Shown here one piece after another: positions 37,391 to 49,671 of a stretch of 64,000 nucleotides of DNA (its first letter is position 1; each line of letters starts with the position of its first letter). Origin of the DNA: Octopus vulgaris (lineage: Eukaryota); contig OX597814.1 of NCBI GenBank assembly GCA_951406725.2, positions 56,792,001 to 56,856,000 of the forward strand, written 5' to 3'. The notes under the pieces are model-generated. The model had not been told where the DNA came from. It saw only the letters and a list, made by a program, of their open reading frames with translations, and did not search any database. A program made the position numbers and the translations under genes.

Positions 37391-40300
37391 TTACAACGAA
37401 CCTCGTCTAATATGTGGCACTTGGTGAAGAATGGAGTTTGATATAGCTACCCTCATTTGCACCTTTTGCCGTGAGGTAGGTTCATCTGAGACTCTTGACA
37501 GGAAGATGTCCAGCTTTGATTTAAAAACTGCTACATCTACATTGTGCAAGTTCCTCAGACTCTTTGGGAGAATATTAAAAAGCTGTGGGCCCTTGAAACC
37601 CAGGCTGTTGCAGAAGCTGGTCCTGAAGCGTGATGGCATTGCTGGGATCTTTGGCACTATGCAGTGTCGTCCCGTTCTAGCATTGGTGTAGCTTACAATG
37701 CCAAAATTTGGCACAATTCCTTCCTGGATCTTCCAGACATATATTACTGCATACCTCTCCCGTCTTCTCTCCAGGGAGTAGAGTCTTAGCTGTTTCAACC
37801 TTTCCCAGTAGCTGAGCTGTTGCAAAGAGACGATCTTCTTTGTGAATCTTCTCTGGATTGCTTCAAGGTCAACTGTTAATTTTACACTGGTGGGTGACCA
37901 TAGCTGTGAGCAGTAATCCAGGCGACTGAGGACGAATGTCCGCCAGAGGACCATCATGGTTTCCTTAACTCTGGTTCTGAATGTTCTTAGGGTCCACCCA
38001 GCCAGTCGTCTGCACTTTGTCGCCATCCTGGTAATGTGCACTTGGAAAGAGGTATCATCACTCATGTCGATACCCAGGTCCCTCACAGACTTAGGCTCTG
38101 GGATTGAAATTCCCTGTGGTCCGGTGTATCCTGTAAGTTTAATATTCAGTTTTGGATGCTGGTAGCGCTGGGCCTGGAATTTTTCAGCATTGAACTGCAT
38201 ATTATTATCCTCAGCCCATCTATAAATTGAGTCCAACTCCTGCTGCAGGTGTGCAACATCGCTGGGGTTCTGTATTTTCTGCGAGACTTTCGTATCGTCT
38301 GCATAGCTGGCCAGAGTGGCTATCCGGGCATTTGAGGGCATATCTGAGAGGGCCACTATAAAAAGCAGTGATCCCAAGACAGTGCCCTGTGGAACACCGC
38401 TCACTATTTGTGTGTTCATAGAGGTGGCTCCATTAACCACTACTGCCTGATTCCTATCTTTCAGGAAGTCATGCAACCACACTCTTAGTTTTCCAGCTAT
38501 GCCGAGGTCACGTAGTTTGTGGCATATCATACCATGATCCACCTTGTCAAAAGCTTTTGCAAAATCAAGGTAGATTACGTCTACATTTGATTTGTGGAGT
38601 AACTGCCTCAACACCCAGTCATAATGCTGTAAGAGGTGGGTCAGGCAGCTCCTACCTGGTCGAAAACCATGCTGGGTATTACTCAGCAAGTTATTTTCCT
38701 CAAGGAATGCGATTAGTTTCTTTCTGACTATCCGTTCCATGACTTTGCTGATGTGTGAAGTCAGAGAGATAGGCCTATAGTTTTTGGCATCTGCTCTACT
38801 TCCCCCTTTATGTATTGGGCATATTATTCCCTCCTTCAGCTTGCTTAGCAGTTTGCCATTCGCAAGAAAGCTCTGGAAAAGAATCTTGAGGGGTTTTGCC
38901 AGGGCATGCTTACACGCTTTGAGGAGGATGACTGGGAAACCGTCTGGACCAGCAGCTGAGTTTGTGTCCACTTCATCTATGGCTAGTACGACATCTTTTT
39001 CGCTAATGTCAATACATTCTATTGTAACCGCCTCGCTGGTTATAGGTGAGGCGGCAAAGAAGTCCACTGGTTCGTTCACTTGTCTGTGTTCCAACGGGGT
39101 GGTAAAGACACTTTTGAACTGGTCATTCAGCATCTTAATGATCATAGTTGGACTGTCTGTGAGGGAGCCATCCTTTTGGAGGAGGGGTCCTATCTTGTAG
39201 TGCACTGAGACTGTTTCTTTCGCGTAATGAAAGAAGGCCTTTGGGTTTGATTTAATGTTTTTTATAACCCACGCTTCTTTGTCTGCTTTCTCCTTCACAT
39301 AGGATTGTTGCAGCCTTTTTTTGATCTCCATCAGTGTTGTTTTTAGGTGGGACGTTTCGCTACTTTTGGGATGTTGGTTGAGACGATTTGCAACCTTCGT
39401 CGGTCGTCTCATGAAGATCTTCCTCTCCCTTGGAATCTTGCTCCTACTTGTTTTGGCCTTGTGCTCTGGGACATATTTCTGGCATACGGCTTGCACAGAA
39501 GACATGAAACATTCTAGTTTCATGTCAATGTCTGGTGTGGAGAGACATTCCGGCCAGTCCTCTCTGAGCATCTCTTTTTGGATCGATTTCCAATCTGCTT
39601 TGTGGAAGTTCAGATTGGAGAGATTTCGGGTGCTTCCTTTAGGCTGTATGTCTCTGGTTACTTTCGGCCCAAACATAGACAGCTCTATTATGTTGTGATC
39701 CGAAACTGATGTCGGTGTCACTTTCACATCATGAATGATGTCCATATTGTTCGTGAAGCAGAGATCCAGAATGTTATTCGCCCTAGTTGGCTTGAGTACA
39801 ACTTGCTCCATGAATAAGGTATTGGTGAGGTTGAGCAGGGACTCCACCTGTACTTGCTTGCAATGATTCATTCCTGAGAGTATGTGACCTTCGGGCCATT
39901 TGACGCTGGGGATGTTGAAAGCACACATAAGAAGTATGGTCACGTGGTGTTCCAGATTCATGAGGATTTCTTTAATTCTTGTGAGGCAATCTTCAAACTT
40001 GCCTATGTGATTTGGGGCATCCGATGGGCAATATGTATTGCATATCACTATATTATGTTGTCTTATGTATACAATTAAGGTGTCACATACCGAATTTGAG
40101 TATGTCATCAAGACCTGGGGAGTGAGGTCATCATGGATGTATACAGCAACTCCACCATGGCTCCTTTCCCTTCTGTCTGTTCGCAGTATGGCATAGTTTG
40201 GTATGTGTACTTCTGCGTCCTCTGTATCAGGGTTGAGGTGAGTTTCCACAAGTGCTATGCATAGGGCTTGATTGCATGCAGTAAGATCTCTCAGGAAAGA

Positions 40301-40492
40301 AATTTTGTTTCTATTTTGATGCAACAGGCCCCCAATATTTAGTAAAAGTATTGGGGTGACGGCTGTGCAGGCGTTAGGGGAGGCCATCCTGTGTCTGTTG
40401 ACTGTGGTGGTCCTGCATAGTGGTGGACAGGGTTCCTTCTCTGTGCTTGGTGTAGCCAGGTTAGCTGTCGGACAATTCTTTCCGCCATGCAT
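37391..40492 (-). CDS. LINE ORF2: apurinic endonuclease + reverse transcriptase (open 1033 aa; likely true start 40387, MASPNA..)
   Basis: LNIGGL, VETHL, GGVAVY, LDLCF, SDH (APE); NYRPISLTS, QHGFRPGRSC, YLDFAKAFD, GVPQGTVLG, YADD (RT). Confidence 0.93.
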   Translation of the reverse strand: MHGGKNCPTANLATPSTEKEPCPPLCRTTTVNRHRMASPNACTAVTPILLLNIGGLLHQNRNKISFLRDLTACNQALCIALVETHLNPDTEDAEVHIPNYAILRTDRRERSHGGVAVYIHDDLTPQVLMTYSNSVCDTLIVYIRQHNIVICNTYCPSDAPNHIGKFEDCLTRIKEILMNLEHHVTILLMCAFNIPSVKWPEGHILSGMNHCKQVQVESLLNLTNTLFMEQVVLKPTRANNILDLCFTNNMDIIHDVKVTPTSVSDHNIIELSMFGPKVTRDIQPKGSTRNLSNLNFHKADWKSIQKEMLREDWPECLSTPDIDMKLECFMSSVQAVCQKYVPEHKAKTSRSKIPRERKIFMRRPTKVANRLNQHPKSSETSHLKTTLMEIKKRLQQSYVKEKADKEAWVIKNIKSNPKAFFHYAKETVSVHYKIGPLLQKDGSLTDSPTMIIKMLNDQFKSVFTTPLEHRQVNEPVDFFAASPITSEAVTIECIDISEKDVVLAIDEVDTNSAAGPDGFPVILLKACKHALAKPLKILFQSFLANGKLLSKLKEGIICPIHKGGSRADAKNYRPISLTSHISKVMERIVRKKLIAFLEENNLLSNTQHGFRPGRSCLTHLLQHYDWVLRQLLHKSNVDVIYLDFAKAFDKVDHGMICHKLRDLGIAGKLRVWLHDFLKDRNQAVVVNGATSMNTQIVSGVPQGTVLGSLLFIVALSDMPSNARIATLASYADDTKVSQKIQNPSDVAHLQQELDSIYRWAEDNNMQFNAEKFQAQRYQHPKLNIKLTGYTGPQGISIPEPKSVRDLGIDMSDDTSFQVHITRMATKCRRLAGWTLRTFRTRVKETMMVLWRTFVLSRLDYCSQLWSPTSVKLTVDLEAIQRRFTKKIVSLQQLSYWERLKQLRLYSLERRRERYAVIYVWKIQEGIVPNFGIVSYTNARTGRHCIVPKIPAMPSRFRTSFCNSLGFKGPQLFNILPKSLRNLHNVDVAVFKSKLDIFLSRVSDEPTSRQKVQMRVAISNSILHQVPHIRRGSL

Positions 40493-40740
40493 AAAAAAGA
40501 CTCTTGCTCAGCTGCTGCGTTGCGCAGAACATCTGAGGAGCGCACTTCGTTTTGAAAGTTTTCCTGGGAGACATTTCTTGTGTTCCCTCGGTAAAGTTTT
40601 TCTCTTTGAGTCCCCTGAAGTTCTTGCGGGGTGTCGGGTGGGCGAACCGGCAGTTTTTGCCGTCCTCACCATGCCAACATTTGCCCCGCAGGTAGAACTT
40701 ACAGGTTCTTCGGTGCCTTCCAGATTTCTTATTTCCTGAA
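40339..40740 (-). pseudogene. frameshifted LINE ORF1 C-terminus with a CCCH zinc finger
   Basis: CKFYLRGKCWHGEDGKNCRFAHP, then after a frame change ..FLCMAERIV..PPLTPAQPSPQYFY*, overlapping the ORF2 start. Confidence 0.6.
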
Positions 40741-40860
40741 GTGTACTGGGTGGCATTAGATATATAATTATTATTATTATAAAAATCAAGAGAGATGGAG
40801 GTAAGATTGATATAAATATATTTATACACTGACAAGACCCATATATCCTCATTTGTACTT

Positions 40861-41211
<351 letters not shown>

Positions 41212-41449
41212 ACGTGTGTCTTTGTGTCTGTGTTTGTCCCTCATCACCGCTTGAAACCTGTACCGGTGTGTTTAGTCCCCATAACCTTGCGCTTCGGCAA
41301 AAATGACCGATAGAAGTACTAGGCTTGAGAGATAAGTCCTTGGGTTGATTTGTTCAACTAAAACCCTTCAAGGCCATGCTCCAGCGTGGGCCGCAGTCAA
41401 ATGACTAAAACAAGTAAAAGAACAAAGAATAAAAGAATATACATATGTA

Positions 41450-43950
41450 TATATATTTTCTTCATTTGTGAATTAAGGCTGCCATTGGTTTCACGTTAAG
41501 AAGAATAGGAAAATATCCAAGTATCTTAATTTTTCAAGCCGGTCAGATGGAGAAAGGTGTTCACCTCCATTTTGGAAAGCAATCTCGGGATTTATCGTAA
41601 ATTCGTGTAAGTGAAAGGAAGAAACAATAAATGAAGGGACGCTTGTCTAGTAGGCATTCTTTTGGAGTTTGTCTCCCTTGGATTTCTCTTTTCGTTGAAT
41701 TTCTTGATTTTTTTGGCATATTTGTATGGTCTTGTTCTGGTCATATTGTTTTGTGCCTGTAAGTTGGGGTTTATTTGTTCTTTGTGTGGAGTTTTGTGGC
41801 ATTTCTTCTTTGTTGTGTAAGTTTGTGTGCTATGTGTGTTCACGTATGTGGAGGGGAAATCCTGCTAGAATCACCCTCGTTCGTAGTTACCCACGTTAAT
41901 AGGGGAGCTTCTTTAAAATATTTTTGTGTAAAATATTGCTTATGTAAGCAGGGAGAGAAGGTTTCATCTCTAATGTTTAAGATGTCGGTTGATTGAATAA
42001 TATATTATTTTTCAGTAATGCAGAGTTCACATTTGGTGCCTCATCCTCGGTATTTTTTTAGCTTTAGCAATGATTTTCCATTCTACCTAGGAGTTTGCTT
42101 TTTTTCAATGTCCATATTATATTTGATAGGAATGTCGCATGTTCTTTGTTTTTGTCTCTGAATGACGCAAAGTGTTGCGTATACCTTTCCTTGAACGAGT
42201 TTCCCATCATTCCGATATAAATCTTTGGTATCTGGTTGGGATCCGTGACCTTGGCTTTGTATACGAGTTCCTTCTCGAGAAAGTTGTTTAGAAGGCAGTG
42301 ATTTGGGGGATCTGAAGTTGCACTGTCTTTCTGGGGTGTTTCTGGTGTGTTTATGTTTATTGTGATTAAGTATTATTGACCTTATATTGGGGAGGTAACT
42401 ATAGCTAACTTTAAAAGTGTTGCTGTTGAAGATTTTGTGATATTTGTGTGAATATGGGAAGTGGTTGTCTATTAGTTTTAAGAATTTCCTAGCTATATTA
42501 CTAGCTACAGTCATGCTATAAGGCGGATTGAACCATATGATTTTTCTCTATCTGCGTCTTTTTGGTCTATTTGTATTTGGTTCAATGTAGTGTTTGCTAT
42601 TCTTGAAGTTGGACCTTTCTAATGCAGTATTATAATGTGGGACGGCTTTTTCTAAAGTGTCTTTGTCGATTGGAGACCCGCGTGCTAATGTTATTAGTTA
42701 TTTGTTTAATTACTGCTGCTGGGTGGTTGGAACCTACGTTTATGTTCGAGGCTTCCTCATTTTCTTTGTGGTAAGGCCTAATTTTTCCTGTGTTAAGATT
42801 CATGTTAATGTTTAGGAAGTTGACTTCATTCAGGTTTGTACAAATTGTAGTTCTTAAGCCTAGTTGTCTAAATATTTTGCATAATTTTTTTCCTTATTCT
42901 ATCAATATCATATCTGTTTTTATTCTGTACTACGCCCAGGCCAACCTATATTAGCTTTTTTTATTTCCTTTTTAAGGACATCTAGTATATAAAGGCATAC
43001 GAGGTCAGCTTCCCCGTCATAGCTCCCCATTGTTACGTTAAACAATTCGTCTCCATTCTTTTTTTATACCCAATAGGAGTTATCTCGAAAGAGTAGATTT
43101 CCCTGCGTTCATAATTATGTCAATATCGGTATTTGTTACAATGACGTATGCTTTGCTAAATTCAAGAGCCTTCTGAAGCAAGCTTTTGAAGATCGAATTG
43201 TATGAATTTGCATTTGGGCTTATCTTCTATTTTCTTAAACCATTCAATAGTTGCACTACTGCATATCCATTGGATGAGGTTTGTGTGTGCTCTGATATGT
43301 CGTATAATGTTAGGATTTTGTGTAAAATTGTTTTTGTCGTCTTTCAGAGTTATAAAGGGGTTTCGTGGGATAAACTTTTCTACTTTGTCTTCTATTTTGA
43401 ACTTTGTGGCTAGATTTTTTGCTTCCATATTAATTGAATTATAAGTGGTGGCGTTTGGTTTCTTGTATGCTTTGGTTATGTTGTCGTTTAGTAATTTGTT
43501 GTGCGTTTGGTTGTTTACTTCGTAAATATGTTTTGTTTTATCTGCCTTAATAAACATGTTCGTCGATGTTTTGAAAGGTTCGATGTATGTCTGTAAAGTG
43601 TGTTGGAACTTGTTGGATTTTTGGTTGAATTTTATATTTATAACTAACCTTATAAGATCTTCTTCAAATATTTCTAGTCTTTAATATGAGGTGGGTTTTT
43701 ATAAGATCTGAAGCCATAATTATCCTCTGCATGAGGGCTGCACGTACCTTTATCGAAAAAATAGGCCTTTTATTTCATTCTCCTCAGAACATTTTTTGTT
43801 TTCTCGATATGATTCTTGATGTATACTTTGCTTGATGGAATAAGAATATTTTTCAGTAATGTCATTATTTCGTGTTTTTCCATCGTTTGTTTTGATATAT
43901 ATATGTATGTATTTATATATATGGGTACACCTCAACTTACGTCGTTTTGA
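41450..43950 (-). mobile_element. near full-length decayed Penelope-like element (RT + C-terminal GIY-YIG; resembles Hydra-clade PLEs)
   Basis: FIKADKT, KFIQFD, FNVTMGSYDG, IWFNPPYS..NIARKFLKLIDNHFPYSHKYHKIFNSNTFKVSYSY, then a Cys-rich linker and a YIG-type endonuclease relic; multiple frameshifts. Confidence 0.88.
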
Positions 43951-44244
43951 GTTACTCCTTTTTCGACTTTACATCGGTCTCGGACAACTTACTTAATAGG
44001 ATAAAAAAATGCTATGGTCCAACGCTGAAGTAGAAAATGAAATAAAATATGTAGAAATCATTAGGCAAAAGAAATAAAAGACCCAAATAATTTTAAAACT
44101 ATATATAGCTACAATGTTTACACTGTTTACACGGCTTCAGGGGTAGTTCCAACATTCCTCTGTGAGGTAGCATAGTAGTTCGCACCAAGAAATTCAAACG
44201 TAAGTTTCTGTCTACTGAGTATAAATTTGGGTTTCTTTTTTTCA

Positions 44245-44730
44245 TACAGCATACCTCCAAAGAAAACTGCAATTTCTTTGGTGATAATATGGCGATGATC
44301 AAGCGCTATGAAAAAGGTGGAAAGATTGTAGCAATAGCGCGTGCTTATGGCTCACGTTGACGGATGTATTTACAGTTATTCATGACATGGGACTTATTTC
44401 AACTCACATCCAATTTACTGCTTCTGGGACGAAGAGTGCCGTAATCATTAGGAGGAAAAGAAATCATCGAAGAAAAGGAACAGCATCTTTGCCTTTGATT
44501 TGAACGGTAGATTCATTAGCGTATCGCTATAATTCAAGAGAATGCACTTTCGTTGTACAGAGACATTAAGAGTAAGTATTCTAACGACTTACAGAAGATT
44601 ACAAGGCCAGTTCAGGATGGTTTAAGCGATTGAAGAAACAACAACATTTTCATAATGTTTAGGTTTAAGGTGAAAGTGTATATCAGTGGTCGACTTTCTA
44701 GCAACATTAGTAAACATTATTACCAACGTT
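44245..44730 (+). mobile_element. Tigger/pogo transposase N-terminal relic (CENP-B-like HTH)
   Basis: MIKRYEKGGKIVAIARAYG, IQENALSLYRDIK and YKASSGWFKRLKK across frameshifts. Confidence 0.75.
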
Positions 44731-44749
44731 TTGTATTTTTCATATAGCT

Positions 44750-44960
44750 AAAGGCAGCAAGACGGTAGAATCGTTAGCACTCCCGGTCAATCATGGTTGG
44801 CAGTATTCAGTCTGTCTTTACGTTCCGAGTTCAAATTCTGTCAAGATCGACTTTTATCCTTTCGGAGTCGATAAATAAAGTACCAGTGAAACACTGGGGT
44901 CAATGTAATTGATTAGTCACCTCCCACCAAATTTAAGTCCTTGTGTCTGAATAAATGATT
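44750..44960 (+). mobile_element. Meta-domain SINE
   Basis: GGCAGCAAGACGGTAGAATCGTTAGC head and TATCCTTTCGGAGTCGATAAATAAAGTACC domain. Confidence 0.7.
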
Positions 44961-45454
44961 ATTTATAAAACTAATTTTTTTTCCTATACAGACATTTGCT
45001 TACCTTAAAAAAAGATTACTCGTTCATTTTTTTGCTCACAAATCTGATTTTTGCCTCCAACTGAATCCACTTGATCTCTACATTATTCAATCTTAAGTAT
45101 TCAAACTTCCTTAATTCCTTCAAACGGCAATTCTACACTATTCCTTACATTCCATTCTGCAAATTTTATTCATTCTGATTACATTCTTAATAATTAATTA
45201 ATCCCTTCCCTTTATATGATGTTTATCAATTTTATATGATTCACTTACATAACTTTAACAATTGAGCTATACACAATGACAATGATTTTGCAGAATTCCT
45301 TATAAAAAGTCGTATAGCATGATTCTTTATCTTTGAATAATAGAATGGATTACAGACAATAGGAAGAGCTCAAAATTGAAGGAACACAATTGTAAAGAAT
45401 ATGGCTAAACGAAAAAACAAAATTATTCTATTCTGATGATGTGGTAACAAATAT

Positions 45455-45660
45455 ATCTTTTGTCTTTTACTTACTTCAGCCATTAGACTACGGCCGTACT
45501 GGAGCACTGTCTTGAAAAATTTTAGTCGAACGTATCGACTCTAGGGCTTTTTTAAAGGCCTCTTATTCTATCGGCCTCTTTTGCCAAAGCAGTAAGTTAC
45601 GAGGTCGTAAATACACTGACACTGGTTGTCAAGTGATGGTGAATGATAAACACACATCCG

Positions 45661-45692
<32 letters not shown>

Positions 45693-46400
45693 ATTGGCCC
45701 TTTTCGTCTATGCAGACGGTCAATTTAGCGTAAGGGCCACTTAATCGAACATATCAGGGGATCCTTTTCTTGCAGCTTCTTTCACGGCTGATTCTTTCTA
45801 TGATTGAAGCGCAGCTTCTGTCACAGTACTTGCATATCAAGGGGGTGGCTCGGCGCTCTGCATTTCTGTTGTTTTCCTTTCGCCGCTGACGCTTCTCAAC
45901 TTCTTTGTTTTGTAGCTGCTCTCTAGCGAAGCAGTTCCTTCCTTCACCACAATCCTCCATGTCCACAGCCCTCTCTTCCCAGGTGCCGACATCCACCTCA
46001 TACTTGGACAAACTAGTTTTACAAGTGTGCTTATACTTCAGTTTTGGTCTTCCGCTTGGTCTCTTGCCCCGAGCCAGTTCTCCATAGAACAGTTGTTTGG
46101 GGATTCGCTCCATGATGACATGAAGGCCACCATTCAGTTTGACGGTTTAATATCAGATAGCTCCAACATCAACAGCGGAGTAAAACAAAGTTGTGTTTTA
46201 GCACCAATCCTTTTCAGCATTTACTTTGGTGTGTTGCTGCAGTATGCATTTCAAGAGTCGCCGGAAGATGTCTACGTTTGTTGGAGAACTGATGAGTCAC
46301 TCTTTGATCTTTCTAGACTTCGAGCCAAGACCAAGATCAATAGAGCAACAATAAGAGACTTTCTCTTCGCCGATGATGTTGCTCACAGTGAATTAATTCT

Positions 46401-46468
<68 letters not shown>

Positions 46469-46640
46469 AGAGTTAATTATATATATATATATAAACGATG
46501 GGCTTCTTTCAGTTTCAATCTACCAAATCCACTCACAAAGCTTTGTCCGGCCCAAGCTATAGTAGAAGACATTCTTCCAAGCTTCCACACAGGGGGACTG
46601 AACCCAGGGCCATGTGGTTGGGAAGCTAACTTCAGACCAC
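45455..46640 (-). mobile_element. tRNA-head SINE (3' half 45455-45660, 5' half 46495-46640) split by an RTE insertion
   Basis: The halves are colinear with the reverse complement of 35818-36208; the RTE lies between two (TA)n tracts. Confidence 0.7.
45695..46400 (-). mobile_element. RTE LINE fragment with an inverted 5' segment
   Basis: Minus strand: ERIPKQLFYGELARGKRPSGRPKLKYK..CKYCDRSC (C-terminus). Plus strand 46114-46400: SGVKQSCVLAPILFSIYF..FLFADD (RT). Confidence 0.85.
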
Positions 46641-47889
46641 ATGTCTGGAATCTCCCGAGATAATAGATGTTTGTAATATGCGTTTTTCTTTTCTCAATTT
46701 TTTTTGTAGTATACATTGCGAATTTTCATATTTTAATTGCATTATGATGTTTTTATCTAGGTTGCATCCCAGCACATTCTTCTATCTTGCCTCTTGTTAT
46801 CATTAAAAAATCTGCACTTTCTAATCCAAATTTCCATTCCAACATCTTTAGTAGGTCTTTCTAGTTTTTGATTTTCATTTTTGGAGAAATACCTTTCTAA
46901 TCAGAAAATAATTTACTGTCTGTTACAATTCTTAGTATCAGTTTTAAAAATGTGCAGATTACAAATCTTGGATTAACATTTGTAACCACTTAGTCACAAT
47001 GACTTAATTCTGTTTTCCGTTTAGTCATACTCTTTACGGTCAACTTCCTTGTATTTTGTCTCATCTTTACTATCATACCGTGTATCTTTAAGTTTTCTCG
47101 TCCCTCAAGTTGCAGTACCTTTGCGTCTATTTAGAAGAAACCAAACAAATAGGATAACAACATGAAAAAGGCGTGAAGGCAAAAAGGACAAAAATAGCTC
47201 CAATATCCATATTCAAAATGAAAAAAGGTAAATTTCGAGAACTTGCTTTCCCCTTGTTATATATTAATCAATTAGGTAGTATTATGTCCACTTAAACGTG
47301 GATGTTCTGTAAGAACAAGCTATACTGCGATAGATATCATGATGCAAAATGCACTCTTGTTTATATCGCTGGCGAGGAGATAAATCCCTGCTGCCTCCAA
47401 CTCTGAGACTGGTTAATGATGGACGCTTGGCCGATAGAGGTAACAGCGATTCTTCTCTCCGCCAGCGATATATAGAATAACTGCCAGAACAGTGTCTGTT
47501 CTGTCGCGATTAGTCAGTAAGCTTGTTTAAAAATATTTATTCGTGACAGAGACAATATTAATACCGAGAGGTAATATTTATCCCCACCTAAACTTAATCT
47601 GAAGTAAAAGCCCAAGTAATATTTTCTTCTCGACTGAGACATCAGTAAAATATTATATCTATGATTTTTTTGTTGGTTATAATTGCAACACAACATTCAA
47701 ATTTTGTTCCTAAAGTAAAATCGAATAATGTTAATAATCAAATGAAAGAATGCTGATAGGTTAGTGGATGCAGTACAAAAAATCAGCCAATTCGTATCCA
47801 TTCTATACTTTGTTTGTGGAAAAGATACTTAACTCTTACCATTCAAGAGTACCAAGCTGTAGATAGGTACAATATACTGGCTTAATTCC

Positions 47890-48300
47890 CCCAGCAAGTT
47901 CGGGGGAGGGGCTAACTTGATTACATCGATCTCACTGTTTAACTGGTACCCCGAAATAGAAGGTCGGGGTGCAAAGTCAATTTCAGCAGAATTTGAACTC
48001 AGGATGTAAAAACGGATGAAATGCCGCAAAGCATTTTACCCGGCGTGCTAACGATTCTACTAGCTCGCTGGCGTCAGAGCTGTAATATTATTTAATATTA
48101 AGGCGGCGAGCTGGCAGAATTATTAACACGCAGGGCCAAATGCTTAGCCGTTTTACGTCTGTCTGCACGTTCTGAGTTCAAATTCCGTTGAGGTCGACTT
48201 TGCCTTTCATCCCTTCGGGTTGATAAATTAAGTACCATTAGAGTACTGACTTAACCCCTGCCTCAAAATTTCCGGTTTTGTGCCTATAGTAGAAAGGATT
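47890..48300. mobile_element. head-to-head pair of Meta-domain SINEs (47890-48075 on -, 48101-48300 on +)
   Basis: Both carry the GGCGAGCTGGCAGAAT..GAGTTCAAATTC..GACTTTGC head, in opposite orientations ~25 bp apart. Confidence 0.75.
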
Positions 48301-49272
48301 ATTTAATAATATTTCTAAATTAAAGTGTGTTTCTTGAGACTGTTTTTTTAAAGATTGAGGTGCAGAACTTTGAAGACATCTTCCACCAAAGAAACTACAA
48401 TAGCGATAATTCTCTAAATTCTATTCCCATGAATCGAAAGTGGCCCTAATAAGGTAATGATGAAATGTCCACTTGTACTCAGACTTTATTGTTTATGTTT
48501 CCTTTAAACAATAACGTCATCCATATTACGTTAAGTCTTGCCATCTCTAAATATTATATTACCTTTCCCGCTTTGTTACCCTGTCTTTTTCTAGATCTGT
48601 TTTCTAGACCGAAAACCCTCTTGAAACATGTTTAGATGCTAATTTTACATAATCAAGTAATGTTTAAAGTAAGACACAAAATAAGAAGTAACAATTCACA
48701 AAATATTGTTTAGATGTAAAGCTCATAACAGCACAAGAACTAATTCCCGTGAATTACAATTTCCCTGCCTCATATATTAACAAGAATGGATTGTAAAGAC
48801 GAATACTGGCTACACCCGACACAAATGTGAACCAAAATGGAGATATGTATGCCCAGAAAACAGAAAAAGAAATTGGTTAGCAATGTATTCCCAGCAACAT
48901 GAAAAATGAGTGAAAAAACTATACCAGAGCACTGTTAGGATACACGTTGACCTATTAACCGCTAAAGGTCAATAACGTACACATAAACACACGCACGCAC
49001 ACATACGCACTAACGCAAGTGGGTGTATGTGTGTGCGTGTGTGTGTGTGTGTATGAATACATACATGCATAAATGATAACTTGCACACACACACACAGAG
49101 TGTAATATCAATTATTTCCGTATTTGAAAGATTCGTCATTTTATGCTCGTTTATATATATACACACACACACACACATACTATGCATATGTAAGTGTGTA
49201 TGCATATATATATACATATGTATATATGTATACATATACATACATACATACATACATACATACATACATACA

Positions 49273-49370
<98 letters not shown>

Positions 49371-49671
49371 GAAAGATGCATGCAGACAAACATGCAAGAA
49401 TAAGACATCGCCAGCAACAGACGCACAGGCGAAGAGGTCTATTCAAAATGTCTGAACATTTTCCTCTGCAATTACGCAGTTACAGCTATAACTGAAACGT
49501 AAAACTATTCATGATAGACTCATTTATTTCTTGTTTAGAATTTCGCCTCCGGGAAAGGAGAGTCGGGAAAAGTTAGAATAAATATTAGACAAACATGTAT
49601 ACTGATACGTATACATATTGATTGACATCAGTCATTGAACTCAGGATGTGCTTGTAAATCATCTTCTGGAC

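Larger units (their letters stand above)
37320..40765 (-). mobile_element. CR1-group LINE, copy 1 (ORF1 remnant, ORF2, 3' tail and poly(A))
   Basis: APE and RT domains; LSYWERLKQLRLYSLERRRER C-terminal motif typical of the CR1 group; short A-tail followed by (TA)n. Confidence 0.92.

Noticed and set aside
38784-39698. Plus-strand ORFs inside LINE copy 1
   Set aside because: Antisense shadows of ORF2 with no recognisable motifs.
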